From: Utricularia gibba
Lineage: Eukaryota; Plantae; Magnoliophyta
Direction: 5' to 3'
DNA: 64,000 nt
Assembly: GCA_002189035.1 (NCBI GenBank)
Contig: NEEC01000016.1
Location: 558,001-622,000 of the forward strand
Part shown: positions 1-13,004 of the stretch, piece after piece
Layout: every line of letters begins with the position of its first letter
How positions within the stretch are numbered: the stretch's first letter is position 1
Program-made: the position numbers and the translations under genes
Notes under the pieces: generated by a model
What the model saw: the letters and a program-made list of their open reading frames with translations, nothing else
Told to the model about the DNA's origin: nothing
The model's database searches: none

Positions 1-95
1 CCACTTTCTGAACTCCAAGAGATAAAAATGGAATCATTCAAAACTCCAGAATGAACATTTATAAAACATAACAACCAGCTGGGGTTTAGAGAAAC

Positions 96-907
96 CTGAC
101 TAGCTGTTTCACCAATCTACGAACTTCACCAGACTCATGCTTCCTCAATCGATTTACATGTCTTCCAATATCAGTTTCCTAGATAGCATTTCGAATGTTT
201 CAAAATATCCATCTTTCCACTCCTTATAAAGAATATAATCTTTTGTTTCCTTAAAAGATACATAAATAAACATCAAGGAGTTTAACCTTGAGAGCTTGAA
301 ACGTTATATCCATATCAGCTAAGGTTTGCAGTAGATCCATCACAGAATCTTCACTCTGAACAGCAACAGATTAATCATGTTCCTCAAAACATTGCTCGAA
401 AAAGGAATTAAAAGTTAAAACCTGCTCAGAGTCTTCAAGTTGCTTTTTTATGCTGAGAATTGTGCTCTGTTCATCATCAAACAACCCACCATAGGGATCG
501 AGATCATCACCATCATCCCCTAAACCACTAAAAGTTCTATGATTTGATTCAGGGGTCAACGGACTTCGACTGTAATCCTTGCTCAAGCCTTTATTAACCC
601 CATACCCTTCAATATCAATGCCTCGCTTCTTTTCACGCATTCCATGTGTATTATCCATATCATCCCCACTATCACTAACATTCTCACCAAACACTCGACC
701 TTCGTGGTTCACACCGCTCCCAATTCCACCATCACAGTTCTTGCACAGTTTCGAAGACGGGGCGTACAACAACTCAACAATTCCATCTCGCCGGCGGCGC
801 AGCTCCTCGCCGTAGTCCGAGCTAGCCACCTTAATCGCAGCCTCAATCATATCCCAAATCCCCGCCCCGGATCTCGACAAAACCGCCAGAAATTCATCAG
901 GATCCAT
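96..907 (-). CDS. Mediator subunit 26-like / TFIIS N-terminal domain protein (partial; continues past window start)
   Basis: ATG 907. Exons 907-422, 355-287 and 178-96 have GT-AG junctions and splice in frame to ...[50 protein letters not shown], the TFIIS-N/Med26 signature. Confidence 0.88.
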
Positions 908-1668
908 GGAGAAAGAGCCTCCACCGGCGCCTTCCCCCTCCACAAGCACCGCAGTCAGCAAATATGACCAGATTCCTCAATCCAAATCACCGATCTGAAA
1001 AAAAAAAGGCTCAGAAAAAGCTTAAAGCAGGTTCGCCGGAGCAGGGATTCATCACGACTGCGTGAACCAAACGATAATCGGATCCTGATTTTCCGATCAA
1101 AGCAAGATTAAGCGAGACAATGACAAAAAATGTCAGAAATTGTTCAATGAATTATTCTATTCCTTACCTTTTTCCTCCGTTGACCAATTTGGACGTGGCG
1201 TTTGGCCCAGGTCTTACACCCAAATCCAACACTCTTACACCCAATTATTAAAATATTTTAATTTATTCGATATTAAATAGTATTTTATTAAAAAATATTA
1301 TTTAAGAAAAATATTTATCAATTAAAAATGTTATAATTATGCATATAACATCTCTAACAATAATTTTTTTTGAAATAGAAAGTATAATATGATATTTTAC
1401 TATTATAAAAGTAATTAAATTCACTTAATATATAATTTACATTTCATCATTAATAAAGCATTAAATAAAATTAATTAGGTATTTAATTGATGGTATAAAA
1501 TTGTTTAGTAGAATTTATTTAAGCTGTTTGGTATTAGATATTATTTATATTAATTTTAAAAAGGAGTATGTTTTATAGATAATTTATTTAATGGAGGTTT
1601 ATTTATCATTTATTTTATTGAAAAAATATAATTAACACAAAAAATATAATATTTAATAATTGAATTTA

Positions 1669-1674
1669 TGGGCC
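1669..1674 (+). promoter_or_regulatory. Site II element (TGGGCY) in TMCO4 upstream region
   Basis: TGGGCC at the edge of the AT-rich spacer, about 250 bp upstream of ATG 1926, followed by further GGCCC-type motifs. Short motif, so a chance match is possible. Confidence 0.35.
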
Positions 1675-1925
1675 TATGGCGTTCAAGAAAGATGGGCATT
1701 GCGGATTTGGATCCGGGCCAGGCCCGGTTTTCAGACGGGGCGGGCCTGAGCTTTGCCGTCTGTATTTGGACTTTGGAACAGAGTGCATAGTACGTCGTGC
1801 ATTTTCATACAATTTGCAGAGACGACGCAATATAGTTTGCCACGTCATCTCCTAACCTGAGAAAGTGACGACGAGCGTGAGGGCAGATTAGCGCGAGTTG
1901 TTTTTGTTCATGATTTTTGATCGGA

Positions 1926-4900
1926 ATGTCACGATCTACCGTCAAGGAGACGGCTTCGCGGCAGTATGCAGCGGGAGCTTTGTTCGCGCTTGCCCTGAAC
2001 CAGGCCCAGATTCATCAAATCTGCCCATTGGGAGTTTCCACGGACTTGAACGAGGATGACGGCGGCCGGAACTCGGAGGAACGATCGAGTAGTAGCAGTA
2101 GCGCTGACTCTGTCTCCGATGACCCGCAGCTGTGGGTTCACCCCTCCTCTGGCCTTCTTCGCCCGGTCTTCAGGTAATTCTGGTTTATTATGTCTTTGGT
2201 GCTTTTGGAGGATACATTGAATTTTTCTGGTGTCCCGCAGGTATCTCGAGATTGATAGTAGGGCTTGGGAAGGCTTGGAGGAAACAGCGATAGCTTCACC
2301 TGCCAAGAGCCATATTGGAGCGGTTAGTTTAGAATTGTAATTAGTCTTTTTATTTTTTAAAAGAAAAATATAAGAGTCGTGGCTTTCTTTTGAATGAAAG
2401 TTAACCTGTAGAGAATTGGAATGTTCTTAGTTTTCAAATGGCTTGAACTTGATCAATCTAGGGTGGGAGCTTTTGAAAAAATATCCTTGGAAGTCATTCC
2501 CTTGCAATTTGTACTTTAATCTTGAAAGTTTGATACCGTTTCTGGTTTCATGTGAATTATGCAAGGGAATGATTTCCAAGGACCTTTTGGATAGGGAACT
2601 GTACCGTATCATGTATCATTAGGATGAGTGTTCAGTGGAGTCCTTTTCAAAAAAAAAAAACTGATTCTTTCCTGAAGGGATTCTGTCAATTTTTTGGAAA
2701 AGGGAATATGCTTTCTAGGGATTCTTTTTTGCTTACAATCATGGCATATGATATTGACATATAGTAGACAAAAACTTGTGCATTCAGTATGTCTGAGATA
2801 TGGCATATTTTTCAATCAATCCAGTTTTTGAGGTTACTAGCTGAGGAAAGTGTTGAAATATCAGAAACTGCTGCAGAAGAAGAACTGGCTTTAATGAAAG
2901 CTGTGGATTCGATGTCTTTGGTCATGGAAAGTATTACTGCTGAACACAAAAGGGGGAAACAGCTTGAATATGAGAATGAGTGTCGCAAGAAGTTTTCTAC
3001 TCCTGATAAAAACCTAGACTCAGAATCTGACGATAAAAGTGTACCTGGAAACTCTGAGGAAGAAATAAATTTTATTAATTCTATCATTGGGGAAGTTCCA
3101 GATGAATCTACAAGTCAATCTAACAAAAAACCATCAGATGAGTGGTCAATTCCTGAAGAGTCCATATGTGAATCTGACAAAAAACCATCAAATGAGTTGA
3201 CATTGCTTAGTTATCCAAGAAAGGTGACCGTACTCTATGAGCTTCTATCAGGTTGTCTGGCCAATATCCCCGAAGATAACCAGAAAACCAATAGAAGGAG
3301 GAGGGGTTATGATGCTAGGCATCGTGTTGCACTGAGGCTGCTCGCTACATGGCTCAATGTCGAATGGATAAAAATGGTTCACGCTGATTCCTTCTACCTG
3401 ATGTTTTTTTTAATCTATGCCAGTGTCTGTTTAATTATCTAGATTTTAATGCTGCCACAGTTTTAGTGAACTCTAAATTTTCTCTCTTCATTGAAATATA
3501 GACAAGATGTGTGCATGTTGACGCAATGGCTATTTTTCTGCACCAGGTATGACTGTTAAAAGGTTTAAGCGATTTCCTACTGAGAAATTGTCTTGTGTAG
3601 GACGCAATTGAAACCATAGTAGCTTGTTCCGCAATGGCGTTTCTAAAAGAAGAGGAATCAAAGGCAGTGAAATCTGAAGAAAGTGCTTGGACAAAGTGGA
3701 AGCGTGGAGGTATAATTGGTGCTGCTGCATTAACTGGAGGAACATTGCTGGCGGTCACTGGAGGTTTACTTTTGCTCCTGATTGTTATTATTAGTTGAGG
3801 CCATGTCGTGAAGGCCTCATATTATACTTGGCATGACTCATCGGTAGCTGTTCTCATCAGGATTGGCAGCTCCTGCAATCGCTGCTGGATTTAGTGCTTT
3901 AGTGCCAACACTGGGAACCATCGTTCCTGTTATTGGAGCAAGTGGCTTTGCTGCGGTTGCCAGTGCTGCTGGAAGCGTTGCAGGTTCAGTTGCTGTAGCA
4001 GCTTCCTTTGGTGGTAAGTTTGAATGGACAAGGCAAAAAGCGGTTGTTACACTTCATTATGCAGTTCCAACATACTTACAAAAAAGAAAAACTTCTATAA
4101 AAATAATTTATCAATAAGCTTTTGGAGCATGATTTTGACTGCCATTTTATGTCTTGATCGAATTTGATGAATTCTTTCCCGCATGCATGTGCAATCACAT
4201 TCTGTAAGATGTGTTGTTCCCTTTTTTTCTTTATCGCTAGCTGCTGGAGCTGGGCTTACTGGCACCAAAATGGCCAGGAGGATGGGTGGTATTGATGAAT
4301 TTGAGTTCAAATCAATGGGCCAAAAACATAACCAAGGAGTGAGTGCATAAATTTTCAGCGGTGGTGGGAGAATTTACATGCATATTCTTCATCGTGATTC
4401 TCATTTCAGCAACTAGGAGTTGAGATTGCAATATCTGGGTTTGTTTTTGAAGAAAAGGACTTCATAAGACCTTGGGAAGGTCAAAAAGACAATATGGATA
4501 GGTGAGCTACGTTGGGCAGCATGTCTCACCAGAATAGCCATAGTTTAACTCTTACACTGCATTTAGTGACTATTTTGTGATACTTATTCCTCAGATATGC
4601 ATTACAGTGGGAGTCAAAGCATTTAATTGCTGTAAGCACTGGTATTCAAGATTGGCTTACTTCAGGTAGAGGTTGATTTGTTGTTGCTAGTCTGTGATCT
4701 TGGACATGGTTGCGTCACTTATAATTGCTACAGCCCTGGCGATGGAAATAATGAGACGGGGTGCAATGATGACTGCTCTCCATTCTCTTCTGACGGCAAT
4801 GGCCTGGCCAGCAACACTGCTATACCTCGCTGATTTCATCGACAGCAAGTGGGCCGTTGCCTTGGACAGGTTTCTTTTTCCAGTATACTAATAATAAGTT

Positions 4901-5968
4901 CGTTGAAATGAAAAGTGCAAAAATTGCAGCGTTTATTTTTCACATGTTTTAGTGTGCACTGTATAGGTCTGATAAGGCTGGGAAAATGCTAGCTGATGTA
5001 TTATCAAGCGGGTTGCAGGGGCATAGGTATGCATATGATTAGAGAAAGTTCCAAACTGTGGTGTCCAATTTTTGTCTCTTGGAAGGCTATTATTATTTTT
5101 TTTTCTGATATGAAGCTTTTCCAACATTTCCAGGCCTGTCACACTTGTTGGTTTCTCACTTGGAGCAAGGGTGATATTCAGGTGCCTCCAGATTTTGGCT
5201 GAAAGTGATTCTAATGGTAAGAACTGATGATGAGTAAGCTCCTGACTGAACTCGTATCCAACATTGAAACTTGATATGCAATGTTGAGAATCACCTCTTA
5301 TTTTCACCAGCCGGAATCGTGGAACGAGTTGTTCTTCTCGGAGCCCCAATACGAATTAGAGACATGAACTGGGAAGCTACCCGGAAGGTCTACCTAATCC
5401 TCCTGAATCCCACCTTCTTCACCTCCCCACGTGAACTGAACATGTACCTGCACAGGTTGTTGCTGGGAGATACATCAATGCCTACTCTTCAAATGACCTG
5501 ATGCTCGGAGTCGCATTTCGTGCAAGGTACGGTACACCTGCCATAGTTATGTTCTATCCTGCAATCCTGATGATCCCTCCCCTTAACTTATCCAATGCCA
5601 TGCAATAGCCTCCTAACTCAAGGACTGGCCGGAATCCAGCCCGTGAATGTGCCGGGGATCGAAAATGTATGCATCTTTTTCCTAGCTCTTGTTGCCATTT
5701 CCATCCCGCTAGCAGTCACAGTGTCTCACTGCCGGTTCCCTGTTTGAGACAGGTTGATGTAACAGACATGATCGACGGCCACTCCTCCTATCTATGGAGA
5801 AGCGAAGAGATCATCGAGCATCTCGAACTGGATACTTACTACCCTGTTTTCAACGGAGCCGGAAGAGCCCTCGTCAAATCATCATCTTCCATCAGATCAG
5901 ACGACCCCAATCTTCCGGCTCACCTCCCGCCGGGGTTGCAGAGCCGGTCGGACCCACGCCCGGTTTAA
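1926..5968 (+). CDS. TMCO4-like / DUF726 alpha-beta hydrolase-fold membrane protein, multi-exon
   Basis: N-terminus RQYAAGALFALALNQAQIHQ; YDARHRVALRLLATWL; Gly/Ala-rich TM block; RPVTLVGFSLGARVIF; IVERVVLLGAP; VDVTDMIDGHSSYLW. Intron 2174-2240 and other introns are GT-AG. Stop at 5968. Confidence 0.9.
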
Positions 5969-6367
5969 GCTCATTTGGGTGGATCGTTCCGGTCCGAAGG
6001 GAAGCCATGCAATTTGACGGGAGTATATAGATTGATTTAATGTTTAAATAATGAAATAATTATTTAGTTAGATTTGATAGCACAATATAATGTATATAAT
6101 TAAATGTTATTATTATGGATTAAATATTTAAATACTATGTTCAAAGTATGGACGTTACGACGTCGTATAGATCATCCCCGTCAATTTTCCCCAATTTCGG
6201 TGGGAGGGGTTTGGATTTTGAAGATCACACTGCTGCTCCGCTCCGCTGACGATGTTGGGATTCTTCTGAAAGAAGTTGTAATGAAATTGTGGTCTCTGTT
6301 GTGGCTTGTCGAAGAGCTTTTTTGATTTCCGGAGTGCGGGGATTCCTAACCATTTTTGCAGTTGTTG

Positions 6368-7271
6368 ATGGGATCAAATGAGGATCATGCGTTGATGATC
6401 GGAGAACATGAGCCTGAGTCAATGCGAATTGACCCGGCGAGAGGAAGATTTCCGTACTGTCTCGTATGGTCGCCTCTTCCTGTCTTGTCTTGGTTTTTTC
6501 CATGTATTGGCCACATTGGAATATGCAGGGCGGATGGGGTGATACTGGATTTTGCTGGCCCCAACTTCGTTTGTGTTGATAATTTCGTGTTTGGTGCGCC
6601 GACTCGATACATTCAGCTCGGGAAAGAACAGGTGAGTCAACATTTTCATCTTTCTGAGCTTGGATTTTGAACACTGGAAGCTTGTGGTTGTCTTGTAATA
6701 CTAGATTGGGGTTGCCTGAAAAATGGAAACTTGAGTTGCTTCCGTTGCATGCCTCTTGATCGTGAATTCGTGGCAACTTGCGACCCTTTTAATTTGCCAT
6801 GACCTGTGCTTTTGCTCTTATAGATTCTGCCTAAATCATTTGGTGCAGTGTAGTGCTTTGTATAACTCCCCTGCACACGAGAGTGACGATGAAGGAACCC
6901 AAAACAGAGAGACAAATGACATCACAAGCTGGGACAATGAACTACTCAGAAGCACACAAGAGTACCAGCATCACTCCTACAACATACTAACCTGCAACTG
7001 CCATTCATTTGTGGCAAACTGCTTGAACATGTTGAAGTTTCGTTCTCGCAAATGGAATGTGGTAAATCTGGCAGTCTTTATCTTCACCAAGGGACAGTTT
7101 GTTAGTAGATTAGCCATCGTTCGGACATACTTACCTTTTGTGGTTGCATCTGCCATTGGGCTTGCTCTTGGAGGACAGGCCTATCTCACTTATTTGGCTG
7201 CCTTTGTTTGTGTTCTTGTGGGGTGGTTTCTCATTGGCACTTACTGTTTTAAAAACCTGATCCATGTTTAG
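6368..7271 (+). CDS. RTH: RTE1-homolog (TMEM222 family, ethylene receptor regulator-like)
   Basis: [33 protein letters not shown]...[16 protein letters not shown] and [23 protein letters not shown]. Exon 1 is 6368-6631; exon 2 probably starts at 6849 (in-frame CAG acceptor). Confidence 0.9.
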
Positions 7272-7575
7272 CTTATCATTCTCCTGTATCCCAGCTGCTT
7301 CCTGGCTGGTTTTGCGCTGCTTTGTGCATGATGGTGATACATGGAAAATGTGTAGTGCTCATCTCTTGTGAACTATGGAAGAAAAGAAACTTTGGCCTTT
7401 CAGTGCTGTGGTTGTTCGGGTTGGTTGCATTGGTGTACGGACAAGTTTTTTCTTTTTTTGGAGCACGTGTATTTGTTATATTTTTAATAATTTACTATTA
7501 ATAGAAAAAACTAATAAAAATTCCAAAATATTTGTTGAATTTCTTTTTTCCACTCTGTGAGCTTAAGCTCCGGCC

Positions 7576-8735
7576 ATGGGTACAGCGTCGTACGCCGGGA
7601 AAAGTATCCGGCTTTTCAAGAGCAGAGGCCAGCATCTTCTTACCAACTCGCGAGTTCTCGATTCAATTGTTCGGAGTTCGGACATCAAACCTGATGATAC
7701 TGTTTTGGAGATCGGTCCCGGGACGGGGAACCTCACGCTCAAGCTCCTAAAAGCAGCCAAGAGTGTTGTCGCTGTGGAAGTCGACAACCGTATGGTAGAC
7801 ATTCTACGGCAAAGGGTTGCAGATGCAGGGCTCCAGGACCGGTTGAACGTGAGGTTTATCACTTATGTAGTTTAACTGTTCGACGTAATGCTTTATAGAA
7901 AAGAGCTTGTTCTGGAAGATAGATGTTGGGTTTATGATTTCTGAGATTGCTAGTTTATTCTCCTGTGCTGCACATGCAGATTGTTTGTGGGGATGCATTG
8001 AAGATCCAATTCCCTCAATTCAATCTTGTTGTGGCGAACATTCCATATGGTATATCATCCCCTTTGATTGCTAAATTGGTTTATGGCGTCGAAGCAAATC
8101 CATTCAGGAGCGCCACCCTGCTGCTACAGAAGGAGTTTGCTAAAAGACTGATGTCCGAGCCTGGGGATTCTGAATTTAACAGATTAGCTGTGAATGTAAA
8201 GCTGGTGGCAGATGTGGAGTTTGTAATGGATGTGAGCAAGAGGGACTTCAACCCTTGTCCCAAAGTAGATTCCGCAGTAGTTAAACTCTATCCAAAGGAA
8301 GAAATCCCGGATATATACTACCCGGAGTGGTGGGCATTCACAAGGACTTGTTTCAACAAGAAGAACAAGACTCTTGGAGCAATGTTCAAGAAGAAGAGGA
8401 AACTAATGGAGCTTATGAGGCTTTCTAGAGATTTTAATGGTGCATCATTGGAAGAAAAGTGTGATAGTTATTCCAGTAGCGATGAAGACGATGATAACAG
8501 GGGCGAGAAGGCAAGTAAAACAGGAGATGTTTATATTTTCAGAGATAGAATCATGAGTATCTTGAAAGCTACTGGATTCGCGGACAAGAGACCATCAAAG
8601 TTATCTAAGGATGAGCTTCTACATTTGCTGTCAGCTTTGAACGAGGCTGGGGTACATTTTCATGATCAACCAAAGCTAAAGGACAAGACATGGGACTGGG
8701 AAGATGCTTATGAAGCTTGTGATGCTCAGCTCTAA
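7576..8735 (+). CDS. DIM1B: rRNA small-subunit adenine dimethyltransferase, DIM1B (organellar-type) clade
   Basis: KSRGQHLLTN, VLEIGPGTGNLT (SAM motif), VANIPYGISSP, FNRLAVNVKLVADV. Exons 7576-7848 and 7980-8735. Confidence 0.88.
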
Positions 8736-8894
8736 GTTGCTTCATCTTCAACTACTGTATGTACATCCGTATCTGTGTGATATAGGCAATTTCAGTTAAA
8801 AAAAGAAGAATCATGATGGACCAGAGCTCAGCTGTAGCACAGTCGACTGAATCCAACACCCAACCACCAGATAAATGCACATCCTTTTCCATTC

Positions 8895-11053
8895 TCACTT
8901 GTGCATCACTGGCGTGATCGAGACTGGAAGCTTCATCTTCATTCTCACCGTGGGGAAGTAAATTATCTGGTCTTTCTCTGCTGCCATCCTGCACTCTCAA
9001 TCCGTTCAAAAGAGCGAAAGGCTGACAAGAGATATGATAGATGCACCAAAAGCGTTTCTTTACCTGTAGCTTGTAACAAGATGATGAAGAAAAATTGAAG
9101 TCTCTAGCCGTGTGAGTTCCAGTCCAGGGCATAGCCTTTGGCCTCCCCCGAATGGGGTGAAAATCTGACTACCAGCACCTGCTCCTGCTTCCTGATCCAA
9201 CAGACAAAAAAATGAGTAACAAGCTTCTCTTCTCTTGTTGCTTCAGACCCCAGCAGCACTTTTTGCTTACATTCCATCTCCAGGGATCAAATTCATAAGG
9301 ATTCTCATAATGCATTTCGTCCATGTGAATTGAACTGAAAGAAGTCATGACACACCACCCCTTTGGTATCAAGTAACCTGAAAACATGCCCATAATTCAG
9401 CATCCAATTGAGCAGGGAGAGTATATCAGTAACTCACCTTTGATTGTAACATCTTTTAGAGCTTCTCTCCACACCGCATTGATGATGTTACCAAGTCTCA
9501 GAGTTTCGCTGATAACCTGCACCAGAACCATCAGCTACAGAGGAGGAGATCTCGAAAAAAAAATTCCAAGAATCTTTGACTGCACTCACGTTTTGTGTGA
9601 AGGGCAATGAAAGGTAATCACTCCAACTGTATTCATCATCACCTTTCCTCTGCTTGAGTTGCATGTTTTCTTCCTGTTTCACAAAAACATCAGAATAATG
9701 TTTCTGTTCAGATCTTTTTTTGTAGCTCTGGTTGGTTCTCCATCTTACCGTGAGATGGGAAAGAGCGGCAGGGTTGTCTACAAGAAACTTCACTGCTAGA
9801 GTCATTGCTGTAGGCACAGTCTCCTCTCCAGGAATCATCATTTCTATTATGTTTTCGATGATGACATCAAGCTTGCCATCTTCTCCATTGTCACGAAGTA
9901 GTAAATCGACAATACTGCTTGGCAACTTGTCTTGTGTTGCCTCTGCACAAGTTTTTCTCTCTACAATTCTTCTAACCATTTGGATCAATCTTTGCTTTGC
10001 CTGGTTACAGGAGGTTGGACATTGAAGATACCAAGAACACAGAAGAAGCTCACAGTTTCATGGGGAGCAGGAAACATTAGGTTACCTTTAGAGACTTGTA
10101 CAGCCTTGTACCAGGAAGTTTAATTGGCAAGCAGATCAAGCCTTTGACAACTTCCTCAAATTCTTGCTTCAGCAACTTGATCTCTTTTCCAGGGCAATCT
10201 CCCAACAGCACTTTGACAAGAATTTCAAATGTAATCTACCAAATCAAACATCATCAGCACTCAAGGGAACTGGCTAGCCACTGACTCCATAAAAAAAAAC
10301 TACCTTTTTGGTTTCCTCTTGAATGTAAACACGGGTGCCTTGTTCACCCCAAGCTGAAAAGGATAATCGAACAACATTCTCAATTTCCTTTGTGATTTGC
10401 GCTTTAAACTGAGGAGACTTCAAGAAAACGCTGATTAGAGTATGCATTTTCCTGTGCAAGGGTCCATTCATTTGCAGAATGGAGGACTTCCCAAGAAGTT
10501 CTGTAATGGATTTTGGGTAGGAGGGTACAAACACATCCCCATGATTCTGCAAGATGATTCTGTTAAACTCAGGATCTGTTGATGCAATGATTGCCTTCCC
10601 AAGAAGACATGTTCTGAACACATTTCCATACCTGAAAGTACAAAGTAAATTGGTCAATGCACTTTGATGCCATAGTTGTGAAACATCACATAACTAAGTA
10701 GAAACATGGGGTGTCCTCATCTATCCATTAAATATCTCCTTTCAAAGCATCAAGAAGAAAGTAAAAGAACCCAGAAATTCTATACAACACAAAAGGATTT
10801 TAAGGGAGACTCACCTGGCTTTGCGCTTGTTCATGAAGTTGACAGGCGTGGAAGAGTATCCACAGGCTATAAATTCTAAGGTTTCCCCAATCACCGGCCA
10901 ACCCCAGCTCCCTCTGGGGATAACAGGGATCATCTCTCTCTTTGTATCATTTTCTTCTGCCTTCTTCATCCACCCTGCAACTTTACACACACAGAGAACA
11001 GCTAACACAATAAAAGATAGAACCCAGATCCCAGAAGATGCCAAAATCTCCAT
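8895..11053 (-). CDS. CYP90C1: Cytochrome P450 CYP90C1 (ROTUNDIFOLIA3-like brassinosteroid C-23 hydroxylase)
   Basis: [18 protein letters not shown]; [14 protein letters not shown]; [20 protein letters not shown] (I-helix); ETLR; [16 protein letters not shown] (heme). Last exon ends ...SITPVMHK with stop at 8895-8897. Confidence 0.92.
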
Positions 11054-11225
11054 CTTTCCCTCCCCAACTCCTGTATCAACACAAAAGTTAAAACACTTGA
11101 AGGTTTATTTCTCTGTGATGGATTGTTTTCTTGAAAATTTCCTAAAGGAAACAAGGAGTTGAAGAGGATGGAGTCGGACAGATTAGATTGTAGTGTAATG
11201 ATGTGGGGCCTTGGACAGTACACTC

Positions 11226-11233
11226 CACACGTG
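11226..11233 (-). promoter_or_regulatory. Overlapping BRRE (CGTGTG) and G-box (CACGTG) upstream of CYP90C1
   Basis: CACACGTG lies about 175 bp upstream of the CYP90C1 ATG. BZR1/BES1 bind BRRE/G-box motifs in BR-biosynthesis promoters. Confidence 0.5.
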
Positions 11234-11997
11234 TAGTTACACTCCTGTGTGAAAGAGAAATCTGGTTGAGCATTCATTACCTTCCGCCCAAACCATTATT
11301 GACTGTGGTCTCAAAAACCGTGGCCACATCGCTTTTCTTCCTCCTGATCAATCTCTTACAAAAAGTTGACAGCCTTGACGCCAAGGGAGGCGTCTACAAA
11401 AAAAAAGAAACTTTTTAGTCTTCTTGTTGACTCTGGAAAACAATTCACCATCCCTGAGCCTGGAGGCAAATTCCATTACAATACACTTTCCATAGCAACC
11501 CAAAAGACTTACCATCACATTTTTGTGAGGTTTCATCTTACATTGAATGGACTGATGCTGCAAAACAATATGCAAGGAACATCACTGAGAGCGTATATGT
11601 TTCATTAAACTTTGAAGACCATCTTTTAATCCACACAAATATGCATTTACCATTTTTCTCTGTTGGATTATTTAACTTAATGTATTGATAGAATAAGTTT
11701 AATGTAATAATTACTTTGTCTTGGATGACCAAAACTAATTTCCTAGTATTACGTAAGACTGGATGCAATTAAATCCATAACTAAGTCTTTAGTGAGTATA
11801 CTTTTTATAAACATAATTTATTGAGTTGATGATGTTTAATTACACACTTATAACAGTTACAACTTCAAACATTTATATGAGTAATATGATTTCATTAATC
11901 TCATTTATAATATAATAACTAATTAAAAGATAATATTTCCTAAACCTCTGTCTTAATAAAGGCTAAGCTTTGTCTCTGGCATCCCGAGTGTGAAGCT

Positions 11998-12333
11998 TCA
12001 CCGCCTTCCTCCTGCTGCTATCTCTTTCGATTTGGAGAGAACAAAGGGGAGATATTCATCAATGACGACCTGTTTGTGTCCCTTCCAGAAGCTAAGTTCG
12101 AATCTATTCTGGCCGGCCGTCTTGCTACAAAACTTCCACTTCAATCTGATTCCTTTGAAAGAATCGATGACCTCTTCAATGAAAAACACGACGTCTTCCG
12201 CATCTGGGCAGGTAATCCTCCGAAGGTAGGTTCCCGCCGCGTCGAACAACTCGTTTCGGGTCGCCCCGTTGTACTCATTCACGATGATTGTGACGTCGGA
12301 GGAGAAGAGATTCCGAAGTAGTGAAGAAGCCAT
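11998..12333 (-). pseudogene. Isolated N-terminal (AAA-associated) domain of a BCS1-like plant AAA-ATPase; no ATPase domain
   Basis: VTIIVNEYNGATRNELFDAAGTYL...EEVIDSFKGIRLKWKF...RFELSFWKGHKQVVIDEYLPFVLSKSKEI. Stops at 11998 and is followed by AT-rich DNA with no Walker A/B coding sequence. Confidence 0.7.
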
Positions 12334-13004
12334 GACGGACGGAGAGGTTGGAGCGAGCTTGTTGTACGGTAGGGGTGAGTGAGGAATTTATAGATTTGGT
12401 ACGAATAGAGTATAGTATGTAATTTCAATTTGTAATTTAAATTACGTAAATAAAATTAATTTTAAGATTATATGAATTAAATTAATTTAAGATTATAAAA
12501 ATGTTTCGCAAGATAATATAAATTTCATAAAATAAAAATATATAATATAAAATTTTATATATTAAATTATATAATAATTTAATATTATGATACGAATATA
12601 TTATTATAATAAATTTAATAAATCCAATAATTTGTCAATTTAATTAAAACTTTTTTGATTTTATTACAAAACGATTAAAAATCAAAATATTCAAAAAAAT
12701 AAAAAACATTTTGGTCCTTTGACTTTGTGCACTTCAAAGGTGTGCCCAGAGTTGAGGTGTTCCTTCTCCAAAATCCTGAATGGAAAAGAATTGCAACACT
12801 TTGCAAGATCAAATATTTCAATTATATCCTGATGTTTTCCAATCCTAAAGCGATGTCCTGATATTGCTGAAACACCTCTCATTTGTTTTTGTTTATTTCA
12901 GAAGCTCAAGTCTAATGTCTTGGGAATGAGTGCAAGCAAAAATCTATATGAAACAAGGAAAAAGAAGTGCATTCTAACTACTGCAAGCCCGTTCTTAAAG
13001 CAGC

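Noticed and set aside
7375-7560. Upstream ORF in the same frame as DIM1B as the missing presequence or readthrough
   Set aside because: Separated by two stops, crosses AT-rich spacer, and is not transit-peptide-like.
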